Shown here piece after piece: positions 23,293-32,522 of a stretch of 43,099 bases of DNA. The DNA comes from Methanobacteriaceae archaeon (lineage in GTDB: Archaea > Methanobacteriota > Methanobacteria > Methanobacteriales > Methanobacteriaceae). The stretch is from the NCBI GenBank assembly GCA_003558085.1, contig PWMT01000055.1:1-43099 (forward strand), written 5' to 3'. Position numbers and translations under genes: made by a program. The first letter of the stretch is position 1. Each line of letters opens with the position of its first letter. Under the pieces are notes generated by a model, which did no database searches, was not told the origin of the DNA, and worked only from the letters and a program-made list of their open reading frames with translations.

Positions 23293-24465
23293 ATGAAATG
23301 TTATCTCACCAGTTGCCTGGCTGGATTTATGGCTTTTAATGAAGATTTGATTCTCTTTGATTATGAACTTTTCCCAAGTAATGAAATTTCTTCCCGGCTA
23401 AGGGATATGCAAGAAGGTACTATTGTAAAAGAAGAAAAAGTTTTGCTTAGAAGAATAGTAAAAGAATATGATGTAGTGGTACTAGAAAAATCAAGGGATA
23501 TTTCCAGTTATAGGCATTTAAAAAATAACCATAAGTTTGAATTTGAATTTCCTAACCATGGTGGAGAATATTTAAGATCTAATCTTCCTAAAATGCTAAA
23601 GGAAGTGGGTTTTTTAACATCAGAAAAGGATTTTAGGCCCATAGTAAACTCAATTTATATAAAGTTGGCTCAAGAAAGAATAAGAGAAACAGGAGAATCT
23701 GAAGATAAACTTTTAATACATGCTGTTATTTCTATTGAAGAATTAGATGAATCAATCAGTAAATTATCTGAACGAATTAGAGAGTGGTATGCCATTCACT
23801 TTCCAGAAATGGATGTAATTAAAAATCATAGCACCTATGTAGGTTTAATTGCTGAACACGGCCATCGTACCAACATTATCAAAAATCTGGATAAATTCAA
23901 TGTGGATATTAAGACCAGCGCAGGTATTGAAATAGAGGAGGAGGATGTTTTTATTCTTAGAAATTTCGCCTTATCCCTTAAATCCTTACAGGATATCAGG
24001 ATAACCCTAGAAAAATATGTAGAAAATAAAATGAGTAAAATTGCTCCTAATCTTAAGGAAATATGTGGTGCGGTACTGGGAGCTAAATTGATTGCTCATG
24101 TGGGAAGTATTGAACAATTAGCTAAATTTCCCTCTAGCACCATACAAATACTAGGGGCAGAAAAAGCATTGTTTAGGCATTTAAAAACTGGAGAACGTCC
24201 ACCTAAGCATGGAATAATATATCAGCATCCTGAAATTCGGGGGGCTAAATGGTGGATGCGGGGAAAAATAGCCCGCGCATATGCTGCAAAAATATCATTA
24301 GCCGTGATAAAAGATGTTTTTTCAGGTGAATTTGATCCTCAAATCAAAAAAGAATTGATGGTTAAATTAGATGAAATTAAAAAGGAGAATCCTTTTCCTA
24401 AACGTACCTCTAAAAGAAAAATAAAGAAAAGAGAGAAAAAACATAGGAAAAGAAAAAAGAAATAA
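23293..24465 (+). CDS. nop5: C/D box RNP subunit Nop5 (Nop56/58)
   Basis: REWY..HFPE, APNL, STIQILGAEKALFRHL and PKHG.I motifs. Lys/Arg-rich tail. Precedes fibrillarin. Confidence 0.95.
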   Translation: MKCYLTSCLAGFMAFNEDLILFDYELFPSNEISSRLRDMQEGTIVKEEKVLLRRIVKEYDVVVLEKSRDISSYRHLKNNHKFEFEFPNHGGEYLRSNLPKMLKEVGFLTSEKDFRPIVNSIYIKLAQERIRETGESEDKLLIHAVISIEELDESISKLSERIREWYAIHFPEMDVIKNHSTYVGLIAEHGHRTNIIKNLDKFNVDIKTSAGIEIEEEDVFILRNFALSLKSLQDIRITLEKYVENKMSKIAPNLKEICGAVLGAKLIAHVGSIEQLAKFPSSTIQILGAEKALFRHLKTGERPPKHGIIYQHPEIRGAKWWMRGKIARAYAAKISLAVIKDVFSGEFDPQIKKELMVKLDEIKKENPFPKRTSKRKIKKREKKHRKRKKK

Positions 24466-24561
24466 TATTTTAATTAATAAAGAAGAATTAAATGAGAATA
24501 AATTAGTAAACCTTTGATATACAGGAAATAAAGTTAACTTTGAATACTAGCTGTGATTATT

Positions 24562-25227
24562 ATGGAAAAATTAAATCAATTAAGTGAAGTATACTTTCTT
24601 AACCATTCCCTAGTTACTCAAAACCTTAATAAAGGTTTTAAAGTATATGGGGAAACATTAATTGATTTTGAAGGAAAGGAATATAGAGTATGGGATCCTC
24701 GTCGTTCTAAGTTGGCTGCTGCAGTTTTAAATGGATTGGAAAGTTTAGAACTAAATATAGATTCGAAAGTTCTATATTTGGGTGCCTCCACTGGTACCAC
24801 CGCTTCCCATATTTCAGATATATTAAGCCAGGGCATAATATACTGTGTAGAATTTTCACCGCGTATGATGAGAGAGTTGCTTAGAGTATGTGAAAATAGA
24901 TATAATATGATGCCCTTATTAGAGGATGCTACTAAACCTCAAAAATATCTGAATCTTCTAGAAAAAGTGGATGTAGTATATGCTGATGTAGCTCAGCCCC
25001 AACAGAGCGATCTTTTCATGCAGAACATGAGATTAAGTATGAAAAAGGAGGGTAAGGGCTTAATCATGATTAAATCGAGGAGTATAGATGTAACTAAAAA
25101 GCCTGCCAAAGTATTTAAAGAAGAGGAAAAAAAATTAAAAACGTCAGGGTTCCGGGTTTTAGAAAAAATTAAATTGTCTCCTTACGAAAAAGATCATCTC
25201 GCATTGCTAGTAGAATTTAGTTTTTAA
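24562..25227 (+). CDS. flpA: Fibrillarin-like rRNA/tRNA 2'-O-methyltransferase
   Basis: VYGE, YRVWDPRRSKL, VLYLGASTGTT.SH, DVAQP.Q and L.PY.KDH motifs. Start is ATG 24562 or GTG 24553. Confidence 0.95.
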   Translation: MEKLNQLSEVYFLNHSLVTQNLNKGFKVYGETLIDFEGKEYRVWDPRRSKLAAAVLNGLESLELNIDSKVLYLGASTGTTASHISDILSQGIIYCVEFSPRMMRELLRVCENRYNMMPLLEDATKPQKYLNLLEKVDVVYADVAQPQQSDLFMQNMRLSMKKEGKGLIMIKSRSIDVTKKPAKVFKEEEKKLKTSGFRVLEKIKLSPYEKDHLALLVEFSF

Positions 25228-25410
25228 CCTAGATAGATGATTATTATGTTAAATGAATGAAACTTATATTTTTTAAATAGGTTTCTTTGATAAATTTTCT
25301 AAAATAGGCCTAAATATGATCTTTATCTTAATATATTTAATAAATGCTAAGAAAGGATAGGTAACCCACAAATTTTTTTTCTATATAAGATTTTCTATTT
25401 TTGCGCAGGA

Positions 25411-25426
25411 GTGAAAGTTTTATATG
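25411..25426 (+). promoter_or_regulatory. BRE-TATA promoter with no downstream protein gene
   Basis: GTGAAAG-TTTTATATG matches the archaeal BRE/TATA consensus and points into the flpA-coaBC convergent gap. Confidence 0.5.
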
Positions 25427-25446
25427 ATAGAAGAGGCATATCTTAT

Positions 25447-25560
25447 GAATTGCCCATACATCATCTAACATGTGGCCATAATTTCACCTCCAGGGGATTG
25501 CCTGTATAATAATTACTACTCCCACACTTGGCTTAAACCCTGGTTGGTGAAAAATAAACT
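25447..25560 (+). ncRNA. Candidate structured small RNA (unassigned family, strand uncertain)
   Basis: Island of higher GC content. TTTCACC (25482-88) pairs with GGTGAAA (25546-52), and CCAGGG (25490-95) with CCCTGG (25538-43). A TATA box lies upstream. Confidence 0.35.
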
Positions 25561-25635
25561 CATTTTATATTATTATATACTAAAAAAACTTGAAATGTCT
25601 TTTCTTTTGAGAAAATAAGTCCAACCTCTTTTTTA

Positions 25636-26787
25636 TTATATTTCAATTTTATTGATTATCATATCAAAAATAATCTGAGAAATCTCTTTCTTGCTTATTA
25701 AATCTGTTTCTTGCACATCATTATCCACTAGAATTACTTTATTTAGTTTAGATCCAAACCCCGCGCCTTCTTGAGAAACATCATTAGCCACCACCATATT
25801 GGAACCAGTTTCTTCTATCTGTTTATTGGATAAGTCAATAAGTTCTTCAGGGGATATATCATATTCAGCTTTAAATCCAACCAAAAAAATATGTGGATTG
25901 ATTTTTTTTACTTGTTTGATTATTTTAGGAGTGGTTTTTAATTCCAATTTAAAACTATGGGAAGAAGATAATTTTCTATCTTCATATTCTTGGGGAGAAA
26001 AATCAGCTACTGCTGCAGCAGATATGAATATGTCTTGTTCTGGAATCAGATCAAAAATTTCAGATGCCATTTCATTGGCTGATAAAACATTTTTCACCGG
26101 GATCACATTAGGAACTTCAACCTTCATTTCACCAGCCAGTAAAGTAACGCTTGCACCACGTAAATAAGCCTCTTTAGCTAGTTCAAGCCCCATTTTACCA
26201 GAGCTGCGATTAGTTATTCCTCTGATTGGATCAATAGCTTCATAAGTACTTCCAGCAGATATTAAAACCTTTTTATCTTTTAGATCATCAGAAGACATTT
26301 CTCTTAACACTTTAAGCACAATATCATCTAAATTAGGAAATTTAGCCTTACTTTCTTCCATGCGAGGATCCATAAAAATAATTCCCTCTTTTTCTAGTTT
26401 TGAAATGTTTTCCTGAACAGCTTGAAACATGGCATCATGCATAGAAGGAACCATCATAATGGGCGTATTCTGACCAGCAGCAGTGATTAAAAGTGCGTTA
26501 ATATGATTATCAGATATTTTATATGCAAACTTGCTTATAACATTTGCTGTGGCTGGAGCAACTAATATTAAATCTGCAGAAGCATGTTTAACATGTTCAA
26601 TTTCACCGGTTAGTTCTAAAATCACTTTTTGACCCGTGGCAAATTCCATAGTATAGGGGTGTATGATATGGCAGGCATCGTCGCTCATGAAACATTTTAC
26701 ATCAATATCATGCCTTTTAAGCTCTCTAGCAAGTTTTACAGACTCTATTGCTGCAATACTTCCGGTAACGCATAATATAATTTCCAT
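25636..26787 (-). CDS. coaBC: Bifunctional phosphopantothenoylcysteine decarboxylase/synthetase
   Basis: VTGSIAA, APATAN, PSMH..M, T.EAIDPIRGITNRSSGKMG, AAAVADF, VGFKAE and VVAND motifs. Confidence 0.96.
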   Translation of the reverse strand: MEIILCVTGSIAAIESVKLARELKRHDIDVKCFMSDDACHIIHPYTMEFATGQKVILELTGEIEHVKHASADLILVAPATANVISKFAYKISDNHINALLITAAGQNTPIMMVPSMHDAMFQAVQENISKLEKEGIIFMDPRMEESKAKFPNLDDIVLKVLREMSSDDLKDKKVLISAGSTYEAIDPIRGITNRSSGKMGLELAKEAYLRGASVTLLAGEMKVEVPNVIPVKNVLSANEMASEIFDLIPEQDIFISAAAVADFSPQEYEDRKLSSSHSFKLELKTTPKIIKQVKKINPHIFLVGFKAEYDISPEELIDLSNKQIEETGSNMVVANDVSQEGAGFGSKLNKVILVDNDVQETDLISKKEISQIIFDMIINKIEI

Positions 26788-26822
26788 AATTTAACATCCA
26801 TTGAAAAATAAAAATTTAATAT

Positions 26823-27317
26823 TTAATCTACTACAATCATAGTCTCTTCATCAGTCAGCAATTTAATAATAGAATTTAACTGTTCAAATTTTGCTGGTAT
26901 GCGTCGAGCATCCTCTTTCTTTACCCGAATTTTATATTTTTCTCGACCATCTTTACCATACATTATATTTATTCCTGAAATCCGAGCGGGTGCCAATAAA
27001 TCTTTAGCAACAGATTTCAAATCAGAATCTTCACCTACAACTCTTACTTTTTTTCCTATTTGCTTGGAAATAGCCCTTACAATCTTACCGCCCTTGCCAA
27101 TAAGCTTGCCCACCTGGTCTTTATCAGTGACGATAACCAACAGTTCGCCCATGTCGATAGTTTTTTTAAATCCAATTTTACCATCACCCAATTTATAAAG
27201 TATAATTGCAATGTCTAACTCAATCGGAGTTATTTCTCCAGTTTTAAGTTTTTTTTCGCATCCTTGGCAGAATATTCCACTTTTTAAACAGACATCGCAT
27301 ATTGGCAGTTCCATCAT
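26823..27317 (-). CDS. NusA-like KH-domain protein with N-terminal Cys4 motif
   Basis: PICDVC...GIFCQGC and the KH motif LIGKGGKIV. SD GGAGG. Confidence 0.8.
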   Translation of the reverse strand: MMELPICDVCLKSGIFCQGCEKKLKTGEITPIELDIAIILYKLGDGKIGFKKTIDMGELLVIVTDKDQVGKLIGKGGKIVRAISKQIGKKVRVVGEDSDLKSVAKDLLAPARISGINIMYGKDGREKYKIRVKKEDARRIPAKFEQLNSIIKLLTDEETMIVVD

Positions 27318-27670
27318 AATTCCTCCTTTTTTTCCTTGATTAACATGATAATTTACAAATTAAACAGTATTTTTTCATTAATAAGTTCAAAGATCCCTGT
27401 ATTTTAAGGAAATTAATTTTAGAATACAGTAACAATGCACTAATATATTATTTCCTAAACTATAAAATAAAAAGACAGGTTTAATCAAGATTAATTATAT
27501 TATTCTAGAAATTAATCCTATCCCTCAGTTCCAGATTCTTTTAAATAATATAAATTTTGAGAATATAAATATATGCCTAAAAGAAATAAAAAATTAAAAA
27601 ATATTACTATAATTTTACTCAGCTAAGCATAAAAATGAATAGTATTAGGAAGTATTTATTAAAATTTGAA

Positions 27671-28237
27671 TTACTGTATTTGGAAAGTGGAGATAATTAA
27701 GTCAAAATTTATCTGCTCTTGATCAAAATCAGAAGTTAATGCTCCACAGCGAATTACATAAATGATTCCATTTTTTTCCAGCCAAATGTCTCTTTTCTTT
27801 TTTTGAACTCCCTCTTCCTCCACTTGACTTATGTTTTCATAGGCTTTAATCCTATCAATGGATAAAACTCTTTGAGATATTATAACGAAGTTGGGATCTT
27901 CTGCAGCTGACTCATAAGTAGCATTGAATGTGTCTTCTAGGGTTTGACCATCTGGTAGATTTGTTACTTGAACTGCCACCACCGTTTCAATATTGCCCTC
28001 CTCATCCTGGGATTCCGGATTTAGCACTAATACTGAATTATCTGGGCTCAGGTCTTCAGTATAGGTGATCCATGATTCAGGATATTCGAAAGATATGCCA
28101 TCTGCAAAGTAAGTTAGAGAAGCTATATCTGGAGTTTCCAATTCTGAAGGCTCATCTGCAGATTCCAAACAGCCAGAGACTAGTACTACCGCTGCTAGGA
28201 GAATGATGATGAGAACATATTTTTTCATTTTAGACAC
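27671..28237 (-). CDS. PsbP/Mog1-like lipoprotein
   Basis: Signal peptide with lipobox LVSGC. GISFEYPESW...FDLIISTF signature. Start may be ATG 28228. Confidence 0.75.
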   Translation of the reverse strand: MSKMKKYVLIIILLAAVVLVSGCLESADEPSELETPDIASLTYFADGISFEYPESWITYTEDLSPDNSVLVLNPESQDEEGNIETVVAVQVTNLPDGQTLEDTFNATYESAAEDPNFVIISQRVLSIDRIKAYENISQVEEEGVQKKKRDIWLEKNGIIYVIRCGALTSDFDQEQINFDLIISTFQIQ

Positions 28238-28378
28238 TCTAAATATTATTCAAATTTTATTATTTGTATGCTTAATATTGTAATAATTGATTAAAGATCT
28301 AAAGATAGTATTTATACCCTTAGTATTAAATAACGCGCCTTTATTTTATCACTTAGTAAATAGATAATATATATTTTA

Positions 28379-28912
28379 TTATTTAACTCTAAATGTATTA
28401 ATAATCAGATCAAAATTTTGTTTTTCTTTTTCGAATTGATTAACCAGAGCACTGCATAGAATTACATACACTTGGTTGTTTTTTTCCAACCATACAGCAC
28501 GTTGTTGTTTTAGCACTCCATTCTCATCTACTCTGTAAATATTTTCATATGCTTGAGAATCATCTAGAGTTATGTTACTCTCAAAAACCCTTTGATAACT
28601 TTCATTAGTAAATAAAATGTCATAATTTTCTTCATACATTGAATAAAGTGTTCCAGTCAGAGTTATTTGCTGAATTGTAACTGAGGTGTCAGCATAACCA
28701 GTAATAGCATTAATGGAATTAGGATCTGCAACAGATACTATGGTATCATTGGCCTGTGAAGTAGCCACCACCCAGGTACTAGGATATTCAAAAGAAACAC
28801 CATTTTGAGAGAAAGTTTGGGTTTGGTTAAAGTCAGAATCATTATCAGAAGTACATCCAGATGTGAAAACCACTAAAGAAATTACTAATAGAGCTAAAAA
28901 GTATTTCATCAT
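28379..28912 (-). CDS. PsbP/Mog1-like lipoprotein (paralog of the downstream gene)
   Basis: Lipobox FTSGC, GVSFEYPSTW, WLEKN and NFDLIINTF motifs. Confidence 0.75.
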   Translation of the reverse strand: MMKYFLALLVISLVVFTSGCTSDNDSDFNQTQTFSQNGVSFEYPSTWVVATSQANDTIVSVADPNSINAITGYADTSVTIQQITLTGTLYSMYEENYDILFTNESYQRVFESNITLDDSQAYENIYRVDENGVLKQQRAVWLEKNNQVYVILCSALVNQFEKEKQNFDLIINTFRVK

Positions 28913-28964
28913 GCTAATTGCCTCAATTAAATTTAAAAAATAATATTTGATTTATTATTCAATA

Positions 28965-29597
28965 TTAACCAGTACTATTACCACTACTACCACTATTCCC
29001 ATTTTCTCCATCATTTCCGTTATTAGCGTCATTAGAATCTCTGCCATCACCAATATCTCGTATAGGGGTCCTAGTATCTTCTGTTGGGGTTACAGTTGTT
29101 TCAGATATATCTTGAGTTATATCCCTAGTATCTTCAAAGGTGGGGAATGCTGTATCGTTCACTAGCACCGTTCCATCATGACTGGAAGTAGGTATATTAA
29201 GCATATAAATTCCAAAACCTGACCCAATAAAGAATGCTAATGCTAGAAATACTGCAGTTAACATTTTTATTTTGGGTTTTGATGTTTTTGAACTTTGTTT
29301 TTGAGTTTTAAAAGATTTAGGAGAAGTAACATATTTATCTACCAGTTTTTTTTTCTCAATTTCTTCTTTTTCTTCCTTACTCTTTTCTGCCCAATGATCC
29401 AAAGATTTTTCTACTTTTCCACGACCCTGTAACCTGCGTATTCTAGCCGCAGCTTCCAAATTTTCTAACTGGCTACTATATTCTTTTTTTAGAGAGTCAT
29501 GCTGTCTTTTAGATATATTACCTGCTTCCAGGTCTTTATCCAGACCTCTAATAATTTTTAAAATTTTGTCACGTTCGCTAATCTTAATCCTCTCCAT
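28965..29597 (-). CDS. Hypothetical single-pass membrane protein
   Basis: Charged helical N-terminus, one TM segment (MLTAVFLALAFFIGSGFGIYML) and a low-complexity T/D/N/G/S tail. Confidence 0.7.
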   Translation of the reverse strand: MERIKISERDKILKIIRGLDKDLEAGNISKRQHDSLKKEYSSQLENLEAAARIRRLQGRGKVEKSLDHWAEKSKEEKEEIEKKKLVDKYVTSPKSFKTQKQSSKTSKPKIKMLTAVFLALAFFIGSGFGIYMLNIPTSSHDGTVLVNDTAFPTFEDTRDITQDISETTVTPTEDTRTPIRDIGDGRDSNDANNGNDGENGNSGSSGNSTG

Positions 29598-30171
29598 AAC
29601 CAGAATATGAAAGTGAATTTCGAAGTTGATGAAACTTATAATTTTAAATGAATCGAAACCTTATATTATGGTTGGAATTTCTTGCTTAAATAAGTAATTT
29701 AGAATAATATTAATATAAAAGTATCTCTTTTTATAAAATTTTCCCTTTTTGGGTTGTCAAGTTGTGTAGGGTTGAAAATTATGGGAATTTAATATCACTT
29801 ATTTCTGTGAAAATAGTAAAAAAAGGTTGGATATTATCAGGAACTTTTAAAGAATTTTCATTATCTTTTAGTAATATTTAGTCTATAAAAAAGCGTAAAT
29901 TGTTACCATAAAGATAAACACCCGCCAGATTTATGCTTTATAAAATATGTCTTAGAATGATGAATTTAATGCTAAACATGTCAAATAATCCTAAAAAATG
30001 ACTAAAAAAAATTTAAAATACTAGCATAAATTAATTTTTATTATATTTTACAATCTTTTGTAGATAAATGACCAATATGTAAATACTTAGGATAGAATCT
30101 GGTTTAAAGTGGATTATATATTGAGAAAAATTTGCCAAATCTTTTATATTCTTTTCCAGAAAACAACTAAC

Positions 30172-30336
30172 ATGCAAATTAACCTATTTTTTTTAATAAT
30201 TGGGATCTTGTTTACCGGTGCCGGTATCTTGAACCTTATTGGTTTAAGGAAAGGTCCTGGAAGGTATGGAAAAATATTAACATTATTATTTTTTGCATTG
30301 GGAGTAATATATCTCCTTCGAGCCTTTATTTCTTAA
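30172..30336 (+). CDS. Small two-TM membrane protein (54 aa), probably leaderless
   Basis: Two hydrophobic helices joined by a basic loop RKGPGRYGK. TATA TTTATATT at 30143-30150 is correctly spaced from ATG 30172. Confidence 0.6.
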   Translation: MQINLFFLIIGILFTGAGILNLIGLRKGPGRYGKILTLLFFALGVIYLLRAFIS

Positions 30337-30405
30337 TGAAAAGAAAATAGTAAATAATTATACCTTTATAATGCTTAAGTCCATCGAAGATTAGGTTAAT
30401 TTATA

Positions 30406-31245
30406 TTATGCAGGTTCCTCAGCAATGGGATAAGATCCCAATATTTTTAAAAAAGGTGTTTTTGTTTTCATAATTTTCAAAATAGGGTCAACCTTTTCAT
30501 CTCTAATATGCCCCTCAAAATCAATGAAGAAAATATATTTACCCAATCCTTTTTTGGATGGTCGGGATTCTATTTTAGTTAGATTAATATTCTCCCGAGC
30601 AAAAAAACCTAAAATTTCGTATAACCCACCAGGATAATCTTTTGATAGCGAGAAAACTATAGAAGTCTTATCTCTACCTGTAACTGGTGGCTGTTTATAA
30701 GATAAAACTATAAACCGAGTTAAATTATTATCAAAGTCTTGAATATTTTTGCAAATTATTTTCAATCCATATATTTCGGCAGCGTTTTGATTTCCAATAG
30801 CTGCAGCATTTTTCTTATATTTAATTATTTTAGCTGCAGCTGCAGTACTGGAACTTGAATGAGTAGTTAAATTCAGTTTTTCTAAGAAATTACGACATTG
30901 GGATAGGGCTTGATGATGAGAATAAACTGATTTTATATCTTTCAGTTTATCTCCTGGTTTTACTAGTAAATTATGATTAATAGGCAATATAATTTCTTGT
31001 TCAATTTTTAAATCATAATCATGGGCTAATAAATCAAGAGTAACGCCTACTGGGCCTTCTATCGAATTTTCTATAGGTACAACACCTTTATCCACTTTTT
31101 TATATTTAACTGCATCTAAAACCTCAATTATAGAATCATGTGCTATTAAAATACCATTTAAAGTAGAAGCAGCTTCCTCTGTGAAGGTGCCTTTAGGACC
31201 AAAAAATGCTATTAAGGTCTTTTTGTTATCTGCTTTAAGATTAAT
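30406..31245 (-). CDS. pheA: Prephenate dehydratase (PDT-ACT), apparently starting at ATT
   Basis: VPIENSIEG, SH.QALSQC, TRF and NLTKIESRP motifs. The upstream in-frame extension contains the conserved IAFFGPKGTFTEEAA. SD AGGAGGT at 31260-31254 precedes ATT 31245. Confidence 0.92.
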   Translation of the reverse strand: MNLKADNKKTLIAFFGPKGTFTEEAASTLNGILIAHDSIIEVLDAVKYKKVDKGVVPIENSIEGPVGVTLDLLAHDYDLKIEQEIILPINHNLLVKPGDKLKDIKSVYSHHQALSQCRNFLEKLNLTTHSSSSTAAAAKIIKYKKNAAAIGNQNAAEIYGLKIICKNIQDFDNNLTRFIVLSYKQPPVTGRDKTSIVFSLSKDYPGGLYEILGFFARENINLTKIESRPSKKGLGKYIFFIDFEGHIRDEKVDPILKIMKTKTPFLKILGSYPIAEEPA

Positions 31246-32510
31246 TAATAAAGACCTCCTTTAAGATAATTTGTTATTTTATCATTGGTAGATTGATGTA
31301 TTCTCCTAATTATAGCTTCGCCATTCTCACATTCTACTAAAACGGCGTTTACTCCCATAGCTTGTAAATAACGAACAAATTCTTCAGCTTCATCTAAATT
31401 ATTTACTTTAATAGTTGTATCTTCTACAGCAGTTTTTCCTTCGGCTATGAGTTTAATGGTTTTTAACATAGGATAAATTATTGCTTCTCCTAGTCTATGT
31501 GCACGCTGTTTAATTTCTTCAGGAGAATCATCCAACTCATATGCTTGAAAACCTTCTCTTATAACCCTGGAAAATAAGAATGGTCTTCCAAAATCAAAGG
31601 GAAAATTGAATGCGTATTCTATTTCTCGAATATGTGCTGGTGAAGAAGTATATTTCAAGGGAGCTAATTCCATTTTAGGATCTTTCATTACCACTCCTTC
31701 TCGGCCTTGCTCTCCGACTTGTTTAATTATTTCTTTTATCTTTTGAGAAGTTTTTTCAACAGGAAATATGCCATATAATTTTACCACAGGAATTTCATAT
31801 TTCTGGAGAAGTTTTCTTTTCTTTTCCAAGGTTAAAGGGTGATTAGAAATTTTTTTTCTAATATCGAATACTTTAAAGCCCAGATCACCTACTTCTTTAT
31901 AATAATGGGAAACATACGGATTTTTAGTTCCAATCATTTCACCACAAATGACTAGATTGGGATTGTCATTAAAAAAATCAGTTAACTCCATTAATTCTTG
32001 TGCTTTTTTAGTGGTGAAAGGACAGACAAAACCTCCTCGTGTAAGTGCAATTATTTTAAGGTCTTTTTTTGAATCAGCTGAACATTCCAAACAAGCCAGT
32101 CGCACATTGTAACCATTCATCTTTTCTTCTATAGCGACATAATCTGAAAAATGTTTTTCCAGAGCCGGTGATAAAAGTAATGTTCTCCTAATTTTTGGAA
32201 ATCCTCTTATGACTTCAATTGCATTACTTAGATATATTACTGTGCCTTCCTCCATTTTACCCATGGATTTTTTAAATTGCAGTTTAGGTATATCTAAAGA
32301 ATGGTAAAATTTAATGTTTCCTTTTTTTATTCCTTCTTCTAATTTATGGGCTTTAATACCAAGTAATTGATGAAGTTGCTCATCTAAAAAGTTTTCTATT
32401 GAAATTCGCGACCTTAAATCACATTCCGGACAAAAATAAAAAAAATTGGTTAGGGAGTTATCTTTCTTCCAATCCAATTTCATTTTAATGTCGCATTCTG
32501 GACATTTCAT
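31245..32510 (-). CDS. rnl: ATP-dependent RNA ligase, Rnl3 (Pab1020/MthRnl) family, with N-terminal zinc ribbon
   Basis: RGFPKIRR, motif I EKMNGYN, TRGG..CPFTT, CGEM.G..NPY, FD, motif IV REGVVMK and motif V KYT. Confidence 0.92.
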   Translation of the reverse strand: MKCPECDIKMKLDWKKDNSLTNFFYFCPECDLRSRISIENFLDEQLHQLLGIKAHKLEEGIKKGNIKFYHSLDIPKLQFKKSMGKMEEGTVIYLSNAIEVIRGFPKIRRTLLLSPALEKHFSDYVAIEEKMNGYNVRLACLECSADSKKDLKIIALTRGGFVCPFTTKKAQELMELTDFFNDNPNLVICGEMIGTKNPYVSHYYKEVGDLGFKVFDIRKKISNHPLTLEKKRKLLQKYEIPVVKLYGIFPVEKTSQKIKEIIKQVGEQGREGVVMKDPKMELAPLKYTSSPAHIREIEYAFNFPFDFGRPFLFSRVIREGFQAYELDDSPEEIKQRAHRLGEAIIYPMLKTIKLIAEGKTAVEDTTIKVNNLDEAEEFVRYLQAMGVNAVLVECENGEAIIRRIHQSTNDKITNYLKGGLY

Positions 32511-32522
32511 TTCAGGAAAAAT

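Noticed and set aside
25228-25635. tRNA, C/D box guide RNA or SRP/RNase P RNA in the flpA-coaBC gap
   Set aside because: No cloverleaf or T-loop, no paired RUGAUGA/CUGA boxes, and too short and AT-rich for SRP or RNase P RNA.
27397-27429. CTGTATT-N19-AATACAG inverted repeat upstream of the NusA-like gene
   Set aside because: An AT-rich stem that is weak on the transcribed strand, with no further support.
32511-32522. In-frame ATT directly after the CBS stop as a third non-canonical start (for rnl)
   Set aside because: A canonical ATG lies four codons downstream and loses no conserved residues, so ATT is not required.
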